64,000 nucleotides of DNA from Blastocatellia bacterium (lineage in GTDB: Bacteria > Acidobacteriota > Blastocatellia > UBA7656). The translations under genes and the position numbers were made by a program. The stretch's first letter is position 1; every line of letters begins with the position of its first letter. The notes below the pieces were generated by a model that saw only the letters and a program-made list of their open reading frames with translations, was not told the origin of the DNA and made no database searches. Below are positions 32,821 to 42,682 of this stretch, one piece after another. The stretch lies in the NCBI GenBank assembly GCA_036003885.1, contig DASYSA010000010.1, forward strand, positions 2,045 to 66,044. The letters are read 5' to 3'.

Positions 32821-33882
32821 ATGGAGGGAGGACGCGTGAACTTGCGACTGCAATCGCTGATCATACTTCTAATCTTAGTGTCGGGTCTGATCTCCCTCAC
32901 TGTGGGAATTGCACCTCCACCCGCCGTCTGCGAGGCAGCGACCCAGGCCCAATCCGCACCTCAGACTGGATCCCAACAGAAACCAACGCAGGATCAGAAA
33001 CCAACGCAGGATCAAAAACCAACGCAGGATCAAGATGAAGTATTGCGACTCAGTTCACGGCTGGTGATGGTACCGGTATCGGCGTCCGACGCCGCCGGGC
33101 GACCGGTCCGAGATCTCAGCCCAGGGGATTTCGTGATTGAGGAGGAAGGCCGGCCCCAGCGGATCGTTGCTCTGGGAGAGCCCGGTAAGGCTCCCATTGA
33201 TATCGCCCTTTTGTTCGATATTTCGGGAAGCATTCACGGACAGTTCCGCTTCGAACAGGAGGCGGCTGTGCGCTTTATCAACGAAGTGCTGAAACCCCGA
33301 GACGCAGTATCCATCTTTTCGATAGGAGTTACTCCCAGACTTGTTACGGCACGCACCACGAGCGCTGAAGAGGCTGTCGCGGGTTTGACTTCCATCGGCG
33401 CGGCGAAGGAACCAACCGCCTTCTTCGATTCGCTTGTCGAGGCAGCGGTCTATCTCGGGAAAAACGCGGATGGTGGAAGCCGGCGGGTGCTGGTGGTGAT
33501 CTCCGACGGTGAAGAGAACCACAGCAAGCGGAATAGTCTGAGCGAGGCACTCCGAGAGTTGCAGAAGAACGACTGTCTCTTCTATTCAATCAATCCGAGC
33601 GGTTCGGCTATCGCCCTGAATACAATAAGCATGAAAGGACAGAGCTTTATGGAATCGATGTCGTCGCAGACCGGCGGCAAGGCTTTCGTTCCCGAAAAGC
33701 TCGAAGATCTGCACGCTGTGTTCCGCCAGATAGCGGACGAACTTCAAGCGCAGTATCTGTTCGGATACTATTCTACGGATGAACGGGCCGATGGTGGATT
33801 CAGGAAAATCACGGTTCGGGCCCCCACAAGGTCTGACCTGCGGGTCCGGGCACGGCAGGGCTACTATGCCCCGAAGGCCTAA
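32821..33882 (+). CDS. von Willebrand factor A domain protein with N-terminal TM helix and PTQDQK repeats
   Basis: VWA MIDAS-like DISGS motif, an N-terminal hydrophobic anchor and a tandem QKPTQD x3 stretch. Confidence 0.75.
   Translation: MEGGRVNLRLQSLIILLILVSGLISLTVGIAPPPAVCEAATQAQSAPQTGSQQKPTQDQKPTQDQKPTQDQDEVLRLSSRLVMVPVSASDAAGRPVRDLSPGDFVIEEEGRPQRIVALGEPGKAPIDIALLFDISGSIHGQFRFEQEAAVRFINEVLKPRDAVSIFSIGVTPRLVTARTTSAEEAVAGLTSIGAAKEPTAFFDSLVEAAVYLGKNADGGSRRVLVVISDGEENHSKRNSLSEALRELQKNDCLFYSINPSGSAIALNTISMKGQSFMESMSSQTGGKAFVPEKLEDLHAVFRQIADELQAQYLFGYYSTDERADGGFRKITVRAPTRSDLRVRARQGYYAPKA
32977..33030 (+). repeat. 18-bp perfect tandem repeat x3 (cagaaaccaacgcaggat) encoding QKPTQD
   Basis: Three identical 18-nt units seen directly in the VWA gene. 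Confidence 0.7.
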
Positions 33883-34128
33883 TCCTCTGACCTCAGAGGA
33901 GTACCGCCAGCCTGGAGAATTCCAAATTACTCTGCTCGAAAGCGGACCATTGCGGACGCTTCTCCCCGCGCTTGGGTTGAGTCTGCGATTCGATTGTCGT
34001 CCCATCCCCTTTCGCCTCTCTCAAGACGCTCGGTGCGCGACTCTTCCCTCCTCTCGGAATCGCACTCGATCCCCGGTTGAGACACCCCTCAAATCCTTGG
34101 AACTTATTCCCCCTACAGAATTTCCCTC

Positions 34129-34157
34129 TTGACACTGCCCCCTATCTGACGTACGAT
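34129..34157 (+). promoter_or_regulatory. sigma-70-like promoter upstream of mraZ (TTGACA-17-TACGAT)
   Basis: TTGACA, a 17-nt spacer and TACGAT about 90 nt upstream of the mraZ start. This is the canonical place for the Pmra promoter. Confidence 0.45.
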
Positions 34158-34164
34158 ACGCGGG

Positions 34165-34191
34165 CAGTGGACCAAAGTGGAACGAAGTGGG
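34165..34191 (+). promoter_or_regulatory. putative MraZ operator: three AGTGG direct repeats with 5-nt spacers
   Basis: aGTGGaccaaaGTGGaacgaaGTGGg. The repeats fall every 10 bp just downstream of the promoter. This matches the known MraZ binding-site architecture (GTGGG repeats with 5-nt spacers). Confidence 0.5.
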
Positions 34192-34246
34192 ATAGCCCGA
34201 AAGAGCCCTGGAATCTGAGACACAAAACGGGGGCTCGAGGCTGGCG

Positions 34247-34687
34247 ATGCTTAGAGGCAGCTACACGGTAAAGATGGACGAGAAGGGGCGCATAAAGTTG
34301 CCCGCTGCCTACCGTCGCTATGTCGAAGAGCATTACGGGTCTGAGTTCTACGTTACCAGTCTGACCGGCGAATATGCTCGCCTGTATCCTATGCCCGAAT
34401 GGCTCAACATTGAAGAGAAGCTCCAGTCGAGGGGCACTATGGACTCAGCAGTGAGGAAGTTCCTGGATCGTACGAACTACTATGGTCAGTTGGCCGAGAT
34501 GGACACGCAGGGCCGGCTTCTGGTTCATCCGCTGCTTCGCTCTAACGCTGAGCTGCTCGGCGACGTCACCGTTCTCGGCTATCTGCAATACCTCGAAGTA
34601 TGGGAACTCGATCGCTTTAGAGCTCGGATGGATGCTGACCCCTACACTGCGGAGGATGCGGCCAGCCTGGCTCTGCTAGGCATTTAG
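34247..34687 (+). CDS. mraZ: division/cell-wall cluster transcriptional regulator MraZ
   Basis: MLRGSYTVKMDEKGRIKLPAAYR N-terminus, duplicated SpoVT/AbrB-like domains and 146 aa. Confidence 0.9.
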   Translation: MLRGSYTVKMDEKGRIKLPAAYRRYVEEHYGSEFYVTSLTGEYARLYPMPEWLNIEEKLQSRGTMDSAVRKFLDRTNYYGQLAEMDTQGRLLVHPLLRSNAELLGDVTVLGYLQYLEVWELDRFRARMDADPYTAEDAASLALLGI

Positions 34688-34733
34688 TGCACAACTGCCC
34701 CTTTGGCGCGAAGCGCACCCTGATGGGAATGGG

Positions 34734-35750
34734 ATGGCTCGAGATATCCACGGCGAAGGTCAGGCTCACGAGCCTGTACTTCTCGACGAGGTCATTCATT
34801 GGCTTCGACCAGAAACCGGGGGGACGTTCGTTGACTGCACGGTAGGGCTGGGCGGCCACGCGGAGGCCTTGCTGGCTGCTTCAGCGGCGACCCGCGTCAT
34901 TGGCATCGATCGCGACCCCGAAGCTCTGGCGCTTGCCAAACAGAGGCTGGCCATGTTCGAGCCGAGGTTTCGAGCTGCTAACGCCAACTTCAGCGACGTC
35001 GGTACGGTGCTCGCAGAGATGGGTGAGCGCGATGTCAGTGGGATGCTGGCGGACCTCGGCGTGTCTTCACTACAGTTTGACAAGGCTGAGAGAGGTTTCA
35101 GTTTCGCCGCCGATGCGCCGCTCGATATGCGAATGAATCAGAGCGAAGGGCAGACCGCAGCCGATCTGATAAATCGCCTGCCTGAAGCAGAGCTGGCCGA
35201 TTTGATCTTTGAGTATGGCGAAGAGCGGGGCGCTCGCAGGATTGCGCGGGCCATCGTGAAAGCGCGACAGAAGCAGACGGTAACGACTACGGGAGAACTT
35301 GCAACTCTGGTGATTCGCGCGCTCAACGTTCCGGGCCGATGGCGGATACATCCGGCGACTCGCACATTCCAGGCCTTGCGCATCGCGGTGAACAGGGAGT
35401 TGCAGGCACTCCAGAGCTTCATCCCGGCGGCGCTGTCCGTGCTTGGACCGAAAGGGAGACTGGCCATTATTTCGTTTCATTCGCTGGAAGACAGAATCGT
35501 GAAGCGAAGTCTTCAGCTCGAATCCGGCCGTTGCCTCTGTCACGTTCGAGCTCAAGGCACTGGAGTCATCCGGGCAGCTGACCTCCCTGAACCAGAACGT
35601 TCGAACGACGGCGACCTGATCTGCTCTCGCTGTGGAGCGCGCAGACGGGTCGAGGTGCTAACCCGCAAACCGGTCCGCGCAAGCCGCGAAGAGATCGCGC
35701 GCAACCCGCGTTCGCGGAGCGCACTTCTCCGAGTATGCGAAAGATTGTAG
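34734..35750 (+). CDS. rsmH: 16S rRNA (cytosine1402-N4)-methyltransferase RsmH with C-terminal Cys-containing extension
   Basis: The SAM-binding region is DCTVGLGGHAEAL. A roughly 30-aa C-terminal tail carries CxxC-like cysteines (CLCH...CSRCG). Confidence 0.9.
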   Translation: MARDIHGEGQAHEPVLLDEVIHWLRPETGGTFVDCTVGLGGHAEALLAASAATRVIGIDRDPEALALAKQRLAMFEPRFRAANANFSDVGTVLAEMGERDVSGMLADLGVSSLQFDKAERGFSFAADAPLDMRMNQSEGQTAADLINRLPEAELADLIFEYGEERGARRIARAIVKARQKQTVTTTGELATLVIRALNVPGRWRIHPATRTFQALRIAVNRELQALQSFIPAALSVLGPKGRLAIISFHSLEDRIVKRSLQLESGRCLCHVRAQGTGVIRAADLPEPERSNDGDLICSRCGARRRVEVLTRKPVRASREEIARNPRSRSALLRVCERL

Positions 35751-35915
35751 CAGGATTTTTGAAGACCCGACTGTAAGCCCCAGGGTCAAACAGGGCAGCA
35801 GGCAGTTTCGATGGAAGGCCGAGAAACTCCGGGGTGAGCCGTTTTCATCTGGCTCACTCGGCTCATCTTTTCATCATAAGCGCAACGCCCCGATTACACC
35901 GTTGAGGCAAGCTTT

Positions 35916-36275
35916 ATGACTGATCGTTTTTTCCCACACAAACCGATCCAGAACTCTCGCGTAGCGCGTCCCATTAGCGCTCACATTTTCGTTTGGCTCG
36001 CCATAATCGCAGTGGCCGGAGCGCTGATCTCGTGCGGATTCATCATCAGCGCGGGCCAGCACTTCGATGCGGTTAAGATCGGCTATGAGAACGAGGATCT
36101 TAGACGACAGACCGCAGAACTGGAAGAGCGGAAACGGCAACTCGAGACCGAGCGGGCTCGTGAATCGTCTCCTATTGAAATCGAGCGTCGCGCGAAACGA
36201 CTCGGGCTGCAGCGGCCGGGTTCGGGAAGAAAAGAGATTCGCCGCCCGGCCCAGGTTGCCGGGGACAAGAAGTAG
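35916..36275 (+). CDS. ftsL: cell division protein FtsL-like (small bitopic coiled-coil protein)
   Basis: Single TM helix followed by a coiled coil (QTAELEERKRQLETERA). Its position between rsmH and ftsI supports the call. Confidence 0.65.
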   Translation: MTDRFFPHKPIQNSRVARPISAHIFVWLAIIAVAGALISCGFIISAGQHFDAVKIGYENEDLRRQTAELEERKRQLETERARESSPIEIERRAKRLGLQRPGSGRKEIRRPAQVAGDKK

Positions 36276-36302
36276 CCTTAAACCGCGACGAGGACCATAA
36301 GA

Positions 36303-38447
36303 GTGACCAGAACGCAAAACGAGAAACGCGAAACGCGAAACGATAAACGAGACATGCCAAGAGCTGGCAAGCCCTCGAACAAGCGAATACGCATAATACA
36401 GTTACTTATTATTGGCTGGGTCATAATCATCTGCTTCCGGCTCGTCAGCCTTCAGGTCACCCAACACGAAAACCTGCGTGCACGGGCCGAACGACAACAG
36501 CAGGCATCCATTGACCTCACTCCAAAGCGTGGAGTCATCTACGATCGCAACGGTAATGAACTCGCGCGCTCAGCGCAGGTAAAGTCGCTCTATGCGTCTC
36601 CGGCTGAGATAACCGACCCGGAAGCCTGCGCGGAGAAACTCGCGAAGATCCTCGACATGGATTCCGACCTCATCTACAAACGGCTGACGACTGAGAACTA
36701 CGCAGCGGTCGCCATAAAGCGCAAGCTGACAGACGGCGAAGCCGCAAAGGTCGAAGCGCTGGGCCTGCGGGGGTTGCGATTCCTGCCCGAGATGAAACGC
36801 TTCTACGTGACCGGCGCAACCGCTGCTCATGTGTTGGGCTTCGTCGATTTCGAGGAACGCGGCAAGAGCGGCGTCGAGCAAGTCTACGACCAGGTCATCT
36901 GCGGAACCGGCGGACGGCTGGTGCTTGACATCGATGCGCTCAAGAAATCCTACGATCATCAGATGGAAGAATCGGTGCCCGGCGCCAGCGTCACTCTCAC
37001 CATCGACACCGTTATCCAGCACTACGTTGAAAAGGCGCTGGCATCGGCTGTGCGTGTCACGGGATCGCGAGGCGGAACCATAGTAGTGATGCGGCCTGCC
37101 ACAGGGGAAATCCTGGCACTGGCGAACTCGCCTACTTTCAATCCAAACAAGGTCTCAGAATCCAGCGATACTTCGAGGCGCAATCGGGCCGTCGAGATCT
37201 CATTCGAACCAGGCTCGATCTTCAAAGTAGTTGCCTACTCGGCCGCGCTCGAAGAAGGACTGATTCGCCCGAACACGCCGATCGATTGCGGCGACGGAGA
37301 GATACGGCTGCCCGGACGCACAATTCGCGACGGACATCGAGGCGTGCTCACGGCCTCCCAGGCGCTGGCAAAGTCGTCGAATGTGGCAGCCATCAAGATC
37401 GGTCAGCGCCTCGGAAACGACCGGCTCGCCGGCTATATCGAAGCATTCGGTTTCGGCCGCCGCACCGGTATCGAGCTGCCAGGCGAGTCCCGCGGCCTCC
37501 TCCGCCCTGTCAGTGAATGGACCCAGGCGTCGATTGGCTCAATCCCGATGGGCCACGAAATAGGCGTGACTGCAGTCCAGGCCGTCGCCGCATTCTCCTG
37601 CATAGCCAACGGCGGCGAATGGGTAAAGCCCTATCTGGTCAAACGGGTGAGTTCTTCCTCGGGCAATACACTGGAAGAGCCGATGGGCGAGAGCCACCGG
37701 GTCATAAGTGAAGCCACTGCAGCCACTCTGACCGCTATGCTCGAAGGAGTCGTCATCCGGGGCACCGGAAAACAGGCGGCTGTCGCCGGCTACCGCGCAG
37801 CCGGCAAAACCGGCACTGCTCAGAAAGTAGAGGAGGGTACAGGTCGCTATTCGAAGATGCGTTATGTCTCCTCATTTGCAGGATTCGCGCCTGTACATAA
37901 TCCTGAAATCGCGTGCATCGTTTCGCTTGACGAACCTCGTGGCGTGCATCTCGGCGGAGAAACCGCAGCCCCGGTCTTCGCGCGCGTGGTCGCAGACATA
38001 CTTCACGTCCTTGGCGTACCCCCTGAAGATCAACCTCAAGAGCATCTGGTGGCCGCCGACTTCCGGATATACGATGTGCCGATGTCGGTGTTCCAAAGCA
38101 GACCGGGGATCGCGGGCGAAACGACAGTCGATCAAAGTTCGACTGAAGCGATCGAACCGGAAGTCGCATCTAAGGCGGCGGGAAGCGTGGCGGTCCCCAA
38201 CCTGGCCGGACGAGGGATTCGAGAAGCCGCCGCTCTGTGCAGGCGGGCGGGACTGAAGCTCAAAGTGACCGGCGACGGCGTCGTTGCGAGTCAAACCCCG
38301 GGGCCAGGCCGCTTTGTGGCCCAAAACAGCATCTGCAGCGTGAGGCTGTCAAAGCAGCTTCACGGAAAGGACAAGTCCATTTCGCCGGCCTACCGGTCGA
38401 AGGCCGCAGTCGCGAATGGACAGCGCAACAGGCTTGAAACTCGCTGA
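36303..38447 (+). CDS. ftsI: peptidoglycan D,D-transpeptidase FtsI (class B PBP) with C-terminal PASTA domain
   Basis: TM anchor, PBP dimerisation domain, a transpeptidase SxxK region, KTGT and a C-terminal PASTA-like segment (VPNLAGRGIREAAALCRRAGLKLKVTGDGVV). The likely true start is near 36354. Confidence 0.85.
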   Translation: MTRTQNEKRETRNDKRDMPRAGKPSNKRIRIIQLLIIGWVIIICFRLVSLQVTQHENLRARAERQQQASIDLTPKRGVIYDRNGNELARSAQVKSLYASPAEITDPEACAEKLAKILDMDSDLIYKRLTTENYAAVAIKRKLTDGEAAKVEALGLRGLRFLPEMKRFYVTGATAAHVLGFVDFEERGKSGVEQVYDQVICGTGGRLVLDIDALKKSYDHQMEESVPGASVTLTIDTVIQHYVEKALASAVRVTGSRGGTIVVMRPATGEILALANSPTFNPNKVSESSDTSRRNRAVEISFEPGSIFKVVAYSAALEEGLIRPNTPIDCGDGEIRLPGRTIRDGHRGVLTASQALAKSSNVAAIKIGQRLGNDRLAGYIEAFGFGRRTGIELPGESRGLLRPVSEWTQASIGSIPMGHEIGVTAVQAVAAFSCIANGGEWVKPYLVKRVSSSSGNTLEEPMGESHRVISEATAATLTAMLEGVVIRGTGKQAAVAGYRAAGKTGTAQKVEEGTGRYSKMRYVSSFAGFAPVHNPEIACIVSLDEPRGVHLGGETAAPVFARVVADILHVLGVPPEDQPQEHLVAADFRIYDVPMSVFQSRPGIAGETTVDQSSTEAIEPEVASKAAGSVAVPNLAGRGIREAAALCRRAGLKLKVTGDGVVASQTPGPGRFVAQNSICSVRLSKQLHGKDKSISPAYRSKAAVANGQRNRLETR
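36310..36352. repeat. single-arm heptamer array, AACGNGA family (ftsL-ftsI junction)
   Basis: AACGCAA AACGAGA AACGCGA AACGCGA AACGATA AACGAGA direct heptamers. The track extends the ftsI ORF back over them (MTRTQNEKRETRNDKRD...), but the real start is probably MPRAGKP. Confidence 0.55.
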
Positions 38448-39951
38448 GTTAATAGTGGAGATCGACGCCATTCAGGCACGAGGCAATCTCGACGCAGACG
38501 CGCTCGACGTAACCCATGACTCACGTCAGTGCGGGCCGGGCAGCGTTTTTGCGGCAATTCTCGGAGAGAAGGTCGATGCGTACCGCTTTATCCCCAATGC
38601 GTTGGACCTCGGGGCGGTGGCGGTGATCTCAGAACAGAGCTTCGAGAGCGTGAATGATGAGATCGCGGCGCGAGCGCCAGCCTGGTTCCAGGTGGCGAAT
38701 GCTCGCGCGGCCCTCGCTCGGGCCGGGGCGCTCGTGCATGGACACCCATCACGGCACTTGAAGCTTGTAGGCGTTACGGGAACGAATGGAAAGACGACGA
38801 CGGCTCACTTGATCGATTCGATCATCCGCACTGTGGAAGGCGTCTCGACGATGTTCGGGACCATCAACTATCGCATCGGAAATGAGTCTTCGCTGGCGCA
38901 CCACACGACGCCGGAAGCAGCGGACATTCAGAGGATGCTCGCTCGAGCGCTTGAGGCCGGCTGCCGTTCAGCGGTCCTGGAGGTGTCATCGCACGCTATA
39001 GAACTGCACCGCGCCGACGCGCTGAAATTTGCGGTGGTCGTCTTCACCAACCTGACCCGGGACCACCTCGATTATCACGAGACTATGGAGAGCTACTTCG
39101 CGGCGAAAGAGAAGCTGTTTACGGGCGCCCTCGGCTCTGAGCCTGGCATCTCGGTCGTCAACATAGACGATGAGTACGGCCGAAGGCTATTGAACTCGGC
39201 GCACAGCAACCTGATTGCCTATGGCCTGAATCCGAAAGCGGACGTCTTCACCACGGACTTCAAGCTCGATGCCTCTGGGTTGACGTTCGACGCCGTCACT
39301 CCCGCGGGTCGCGTCGGGATTTCTTCAAGGTTCGTCGGCCGTCCGCACGTCTACAATATACTGGCCGCTATCGCCTCAGGATTGGCTCTGGGATTCGACG
39401 CTGACGACATAGCACAAGGCATCAACGATTGCCCGACTGTCGCTGGACGCTTTGAACAGGTAACGGCAGCCGAAACCCTGCGGCCGGCTTTTACGGTGAT
39501 AGTCGACTATGCCCATACGGATGACGCGCTCAAGAACGTCCTGCAGACAGCGCGCGAGGTTGCCGGAGAAGGAGGACGGGTGGTCACTGTCTTCGGCTGC
39601 GGCGGCGACCGGGACCGCACGAAGCGAGCGCCGATGGGCGAGATAGCGGCCAGCCTCAGCGACGTCACGATTGTCACCTCCGATAATCCGCGCAGCGAGG
39701 ACCCGGAGGCCATCATTTCCGAGATCGAGGTCGGCTTGAAACGCGCGGGGCGCCCATACAGGAAGCTGGTAGATCGGCGCGAGGCGATCTATCAGGCAGT
39801 CAACGAGGCGGGCGAGGGCGACGTGGTCCTGATAGCGGGAAAGGGACACGAGACGTATCAAATCATCGGCGCTCGCACCATTCACTTCGACGACCGCGAA
39901 GTTGCGCGCGAAGCATTGCAGAATAGAGAAGCCGGTATGAACGGATTATGA
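38416..39951 (+). CDS. murE: UDP-N-acetylmuramoyl-L-alanyl-D-glutamate--2,6-diaminopimelate ligase
   Basis: GVTGTNGKTTT P-loop, Mur ligase domains and a C-terminal DNPR motif. Confidence 0.9.
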   Translation: MDSATGLKLAELIVEIDAIQARGNLDADALDVTHDSRQCGPGSVFAAILGEKVDAYRFIPNALDLGAVAVISEQSFESVNDEIAARAPAWFQVANARAALARAGALVHGHPSRHLKLVGVTGTNGKTTTAHLIDSIIRTVEGVSTMFGTINYRIGNESSLAHHTTPEAADIQRMLARALEAGCRSAVLEVSSHAIELHRADALKFAVVVFTNLTRDHLDYHETMESYFAAKEKLFTGALGSEPGISVVNIDDEYGRRLLNSAHSNLIAYGLNPKADVFTTDFKLDASGLTFDAVTPAGRVGISSRFVGRPHVYNILAAIASGLALGFDADDIAQGINDCPTVAGRFEQVTAAETLRPAFTVIVDYAHTDDALKNVLQTAREVAGEGGRVVTVFGCGGDRDRTKRAPMGEIAASLSDVTIVTSDNPRSEDPEAIISEIEVGLKRAGRPYRKLVDRREAIYQAVNEAGEGDVVLIAGKGHETYQIIGARTIHFDDREVAREALQNREAGMNGL

Positions 39952-41390
39952 CGTTGGGTGAGATCGTAAGAATACTCGGGTCAGGCGAAGAGGATACGGA
40001 GACCGAACTGAACACCGTGGAGCCCATTGGCTATTCGATTGACTCGCGTCGCATTCGCCGAGGCGAGCTGTTCTTTGCTATTCGAGGCGAGAATCATGAT
40101 GGGCATCAGTTCGTTGGCGACGCACTCGCCGGAGGCGCGCTCGCCGCTGTCGTGTCGCGCGAGTGGAATGCCGTTGCCGCGCTGGCTGAAAGGAAGCTGA
40201 TTCGAGTGGGCGACACGCTTTCGGCGCTGCAGTTACTCGCAGCTTCCGTGGTGAAGAGCTGGAGAGGCAGGCTGATCGCCATAACCGGAAGCATGGGCAA
40301 GACGACTACGAAAGATCTGACCGCGGCACTTCTCGCTCCCGGCGGCAGAGTGATAAAGACAGTCGGCAATCTCAACAATGCTTACGGATTGCCACTTTCG
40401 ATCCTGAAGATGGAGTCCGGCGGTTCTCGCGCATCAGAGGTTGAGTTCGGGGTCTTCGAGATGGGTATGAATCACAGAGGTGAGCTCGCCGCACTGGCAA
40501 GCATCGCTCCGCCGGACCTGGCGGTGGTGACAAACGTCGCGCCTGTTCATCTCGAGTACTTCTCGTCGGTCGATGAAATCGCGGCGGCCAAGTCTGAACT
40601 GGTCCGCGGTGTCAAACCCGGCGGCGCCGCCGTGTTGAATGTGGATGATGAGCGGGTTGCCCGTATGAAAGGCCTTCGGAATGACCTGGAGGTTCGGACC
40701 TTCGGCATCGAGCGCAATGCGGACGTAATGGCGCTCGCACTCAAGGCAGAAGGCGTCGCTGTAACGCGGTTTCAACTGGTGACTCCGCGAGGCAGCGTCG
40801 ACGCGAAACTGCAGCTTGGCGGCCGGCACAACGTCTACAACGCTCTGGCTTCCGCAGCCGTTGCCGACCTCTGTGACATTCCGCTGGATCAGATCGCTGA
40901 TGCGTTGGCCTCTTTCTCGGTCCCGAAGATGCGAGGCGAGGTGCACGAATTCAAAGAAGGCTTTACGGTGATTGACGACTCATACAACTCGAACCCGCAA
41001 GCGCTGGTGGAGATGATAGCCCATATCTCCGGAGCGACAGGTTACCAGCGAAAAATCGTTGTAGCAGGCGAGATGCTCGAGCTGGGTGCGGCCGGCCCCA
41101 GGCTTCACCGCGAAGCCGGCCGCAGCGTCGCGAGCCAGGGAGTCGATCTGCTGATCGGTGTGCGCGGACTGGCACGGGAGCTGGTAGAGAGCGCTAGACA
41201 GAGCGGCTTGACCGCGGAATGCGCGCTCTATTGCGAAACGCCCGAGGAAGCCGCCGAGGTCTTGAAACGAGAAGCTCGGCCGGGTGATCTCATCCTGGTC
41301 AAAGGATCGCGAGGGGTTAAGACCGACATCGTGGTCGAGAGAATGAAGCAGTGGAGCGAGAGCAAAGGAAAAGAAAGGGAGAGAGAGTGA
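39948..41390 (+). CDS. murF: UDP-N-acetylmuramoyl-tripeptide--D-alanyl-D-alanine ligase
   Basis: [13 protein letters not shown]-loop. It overlaps the murE stop (ATGA). Confidence 0.9.
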   Translation: MTLGEIVRILGSGEEDTETELNTVEPIGYSIDSRRIRRGELFFAIRGENHDGHQFVGDALAGGALAAVVSREWNAVAALAERKLIRVGDTLSALQLLAASVVKSWRGRLIAITGSMGKTTTKDLTAALLAPGGRVIKTVGNLNNAYGLPLSILKMESGGSRASEVEFGVFEMGMNHRGELAALASIAPPDLAVVTNVAPVHLEYFSSVDEIAAAKSELVRGVKPGGAAVLNVDDERVARMKGLRNDLEVRTFGIERNADVMALALKAEGVAVTRFQLVTPRGSVDAKLQLGGRHNVYNALASAAVADLCDIPLDQIADALASFSVPKMRGEVHEFKEGFTVIDDSYNSNPQALVEMIAHISGATGYQRKIVVAGEMLELGAAGPRLHREAGRSVASQGVDLLIGVRGLARELVESARQSGLTAECALYCETPEEAAEVLKREARPGDLILVKGSRGVKTDIVVERMKQWSESKGKERERE

Positions 41391-41457
41391 ACGGAAGGGC
41401 GGGTCTACTGCTCTCCCGTTCTTCCGATCTTCCGGTCTTCGACCTCGGGGGCATTGG

Positions 41458-42564
41458 GTGTTCTATTATTTGAATTTATTCAAAGACGTCCATAGCAGCC
41501 TGTCTTTTCTGAGGGTGTTCGAGTACGTGACGTTTAGGACGGCATTTGCGGCAATAACGGCGTTGACCATCAGCCTCCTGTTCGGCCGCCGAATGATCAA
41601 TTTGTTGAAAGACTTTCAGATCCACCAGCAGATCCGCGAAGAAGGACCGCGCTCGCACGAATCGAAGCGAGGCACGCCGACCATGGGCGGCGTGCTTATC
41701 ATTCTCTCGGTAGTCATCTCGACTCTGCTCTGGTCACACCTCTCGGTGGTCTACGTGTGGATCGCGGTGGGCGCCACGCTCGCATTTGGAGGCATAGGGT
41801 TTGCGGATGACTTCTTGAAGATCAAGCGGCGCCACAACCTGGGCTTGACTGGAAAACAGAAGCTCTTCTTTCAGTTCGCTGCAGCAATAGGCGTAGGACT
41901 TGCGCTTCGATACTTCACAGGATACGACACGACCTTGAGTCTCCCGTTCTTCAAGACCCTGACTCCTATTATCTGGTGGCCGGTCTACCTGGTGGCGTTC
42001 GCACCTATAGTGATCGTGGGGTTTTCAAATGCGGTGAACCTGACGGATGGACTGGATGGCCTCGCGATATCGGTGACAATGGTGGTCGCTGCCGCGCTAA
42101 CCGGATTTACTTATATAACAGGCCACAAGCAGTTCGCGGAGTACCTGGGACTGGAATTCAACAACCAGGTCCACGAGTTGACGATCTTCTGCGCTGCGTT
42201 GACCGGCGCGAGCCTGGGCTTTCTATGGTTCAACGCGCCGCCGGCCGAAGTCTTCATGGGCGACGTAGGAGCGCTGGCGATCGGCGGGGCGATAGGGGTT
42301 GTGGGGGTGATGATCAAACAGGAGTTCCTGCTGGTAATCATTGGCGGCGTATTTGTGGTTGAAGCGCTTTCGGTGATCTTTCAGGTAGCCTCGTTCAAAC
42401 TGTTTCGCAGGCGCATATTCAAGATGACTCCAATTCACCACCACTTCGAGTTGATGTATCCGCCAGAAGTGTCGCGGCGCATGGAGCCCAAGATCGTCTT
42501 CAGGTTCTTGATCATCGCGATCCTGTTCGCGCTGCTTAGCCTGGCGACTTTGAAGTTGAGATAG
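41458..42564 (+). CDS. mraY: phospho-N-acetylmuramoyl-pentapeptide transferase
   Basis: MraY motifs ([19 protein letters not shown]) and 10 TM helices. Confidence 0.95.
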   Translation: MFYYLNLFKDVHSSLSFLRVFEYVTFRTAFAAITALTISLLFGRRMINLLKDFQIHQQIREEGPRSHESKRGTPTMGGVLIILSVVISTLLWSHLSVVYVWIAVGATLAFGGIGFADDFLKIKRRHNLGLTGKQKLFFQFAAAIGVGLALRYFTGYDTTLSLPFFKTLTPIIWWPVYLVAFAPIVIVGFSNAVNLTDGLDGLAISVTMVVAAALTGFTYITGHKQFAEYLGLEFNNQVHELTIFCAALTGASLGFLWFNAPPAEVFMGDVGALAIGGAIGVVGVMIKQEFLLVIIGGVFVVEALSVIFQVASFKLFRRRIFKMTPIHHHFELMYPPEVSRRMEPKIVFRFLIIAILFALLSLATLKLR

Positions 42565-42660
42565 GAGATAGGAGATAGGATCTAGGATTTAGGATCTAGA
42601 TTCCGGAGTTAGGGAGTGAGGAAGCTAGGAACTAAATCCTAGATCCTAGATCCTGATTCC
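42558..42660. repeat. heptamer-array hairpin element, AGGATYT/GAGATAG family (mraY-ftsW junction)
   Basis: The left arm is GAGATAG GAGATAG GAGATAG GATCTAG GATTTAG GATCTAG. The right arm is CTAGGAA CTAAATC CTAGATC CTAGATC CTGATTC. It starts at the mraY stop codon. Confidence 0.75.
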
Positions 42661-42682
42661 CGGGTCCTTAGAAAGTGACTAG

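Noticed and set aside
36303-36353. N-terminal 17 codons of the track's ftsI ORF (MTRTQNEKRETRNDKRD)
   Set aside because: They are the direct translation of the AACGCGA heptamer array, not a real N-terminus. FtsI more plausibly starts at MPRAGKPSNKRIRI, just before its TM helix.
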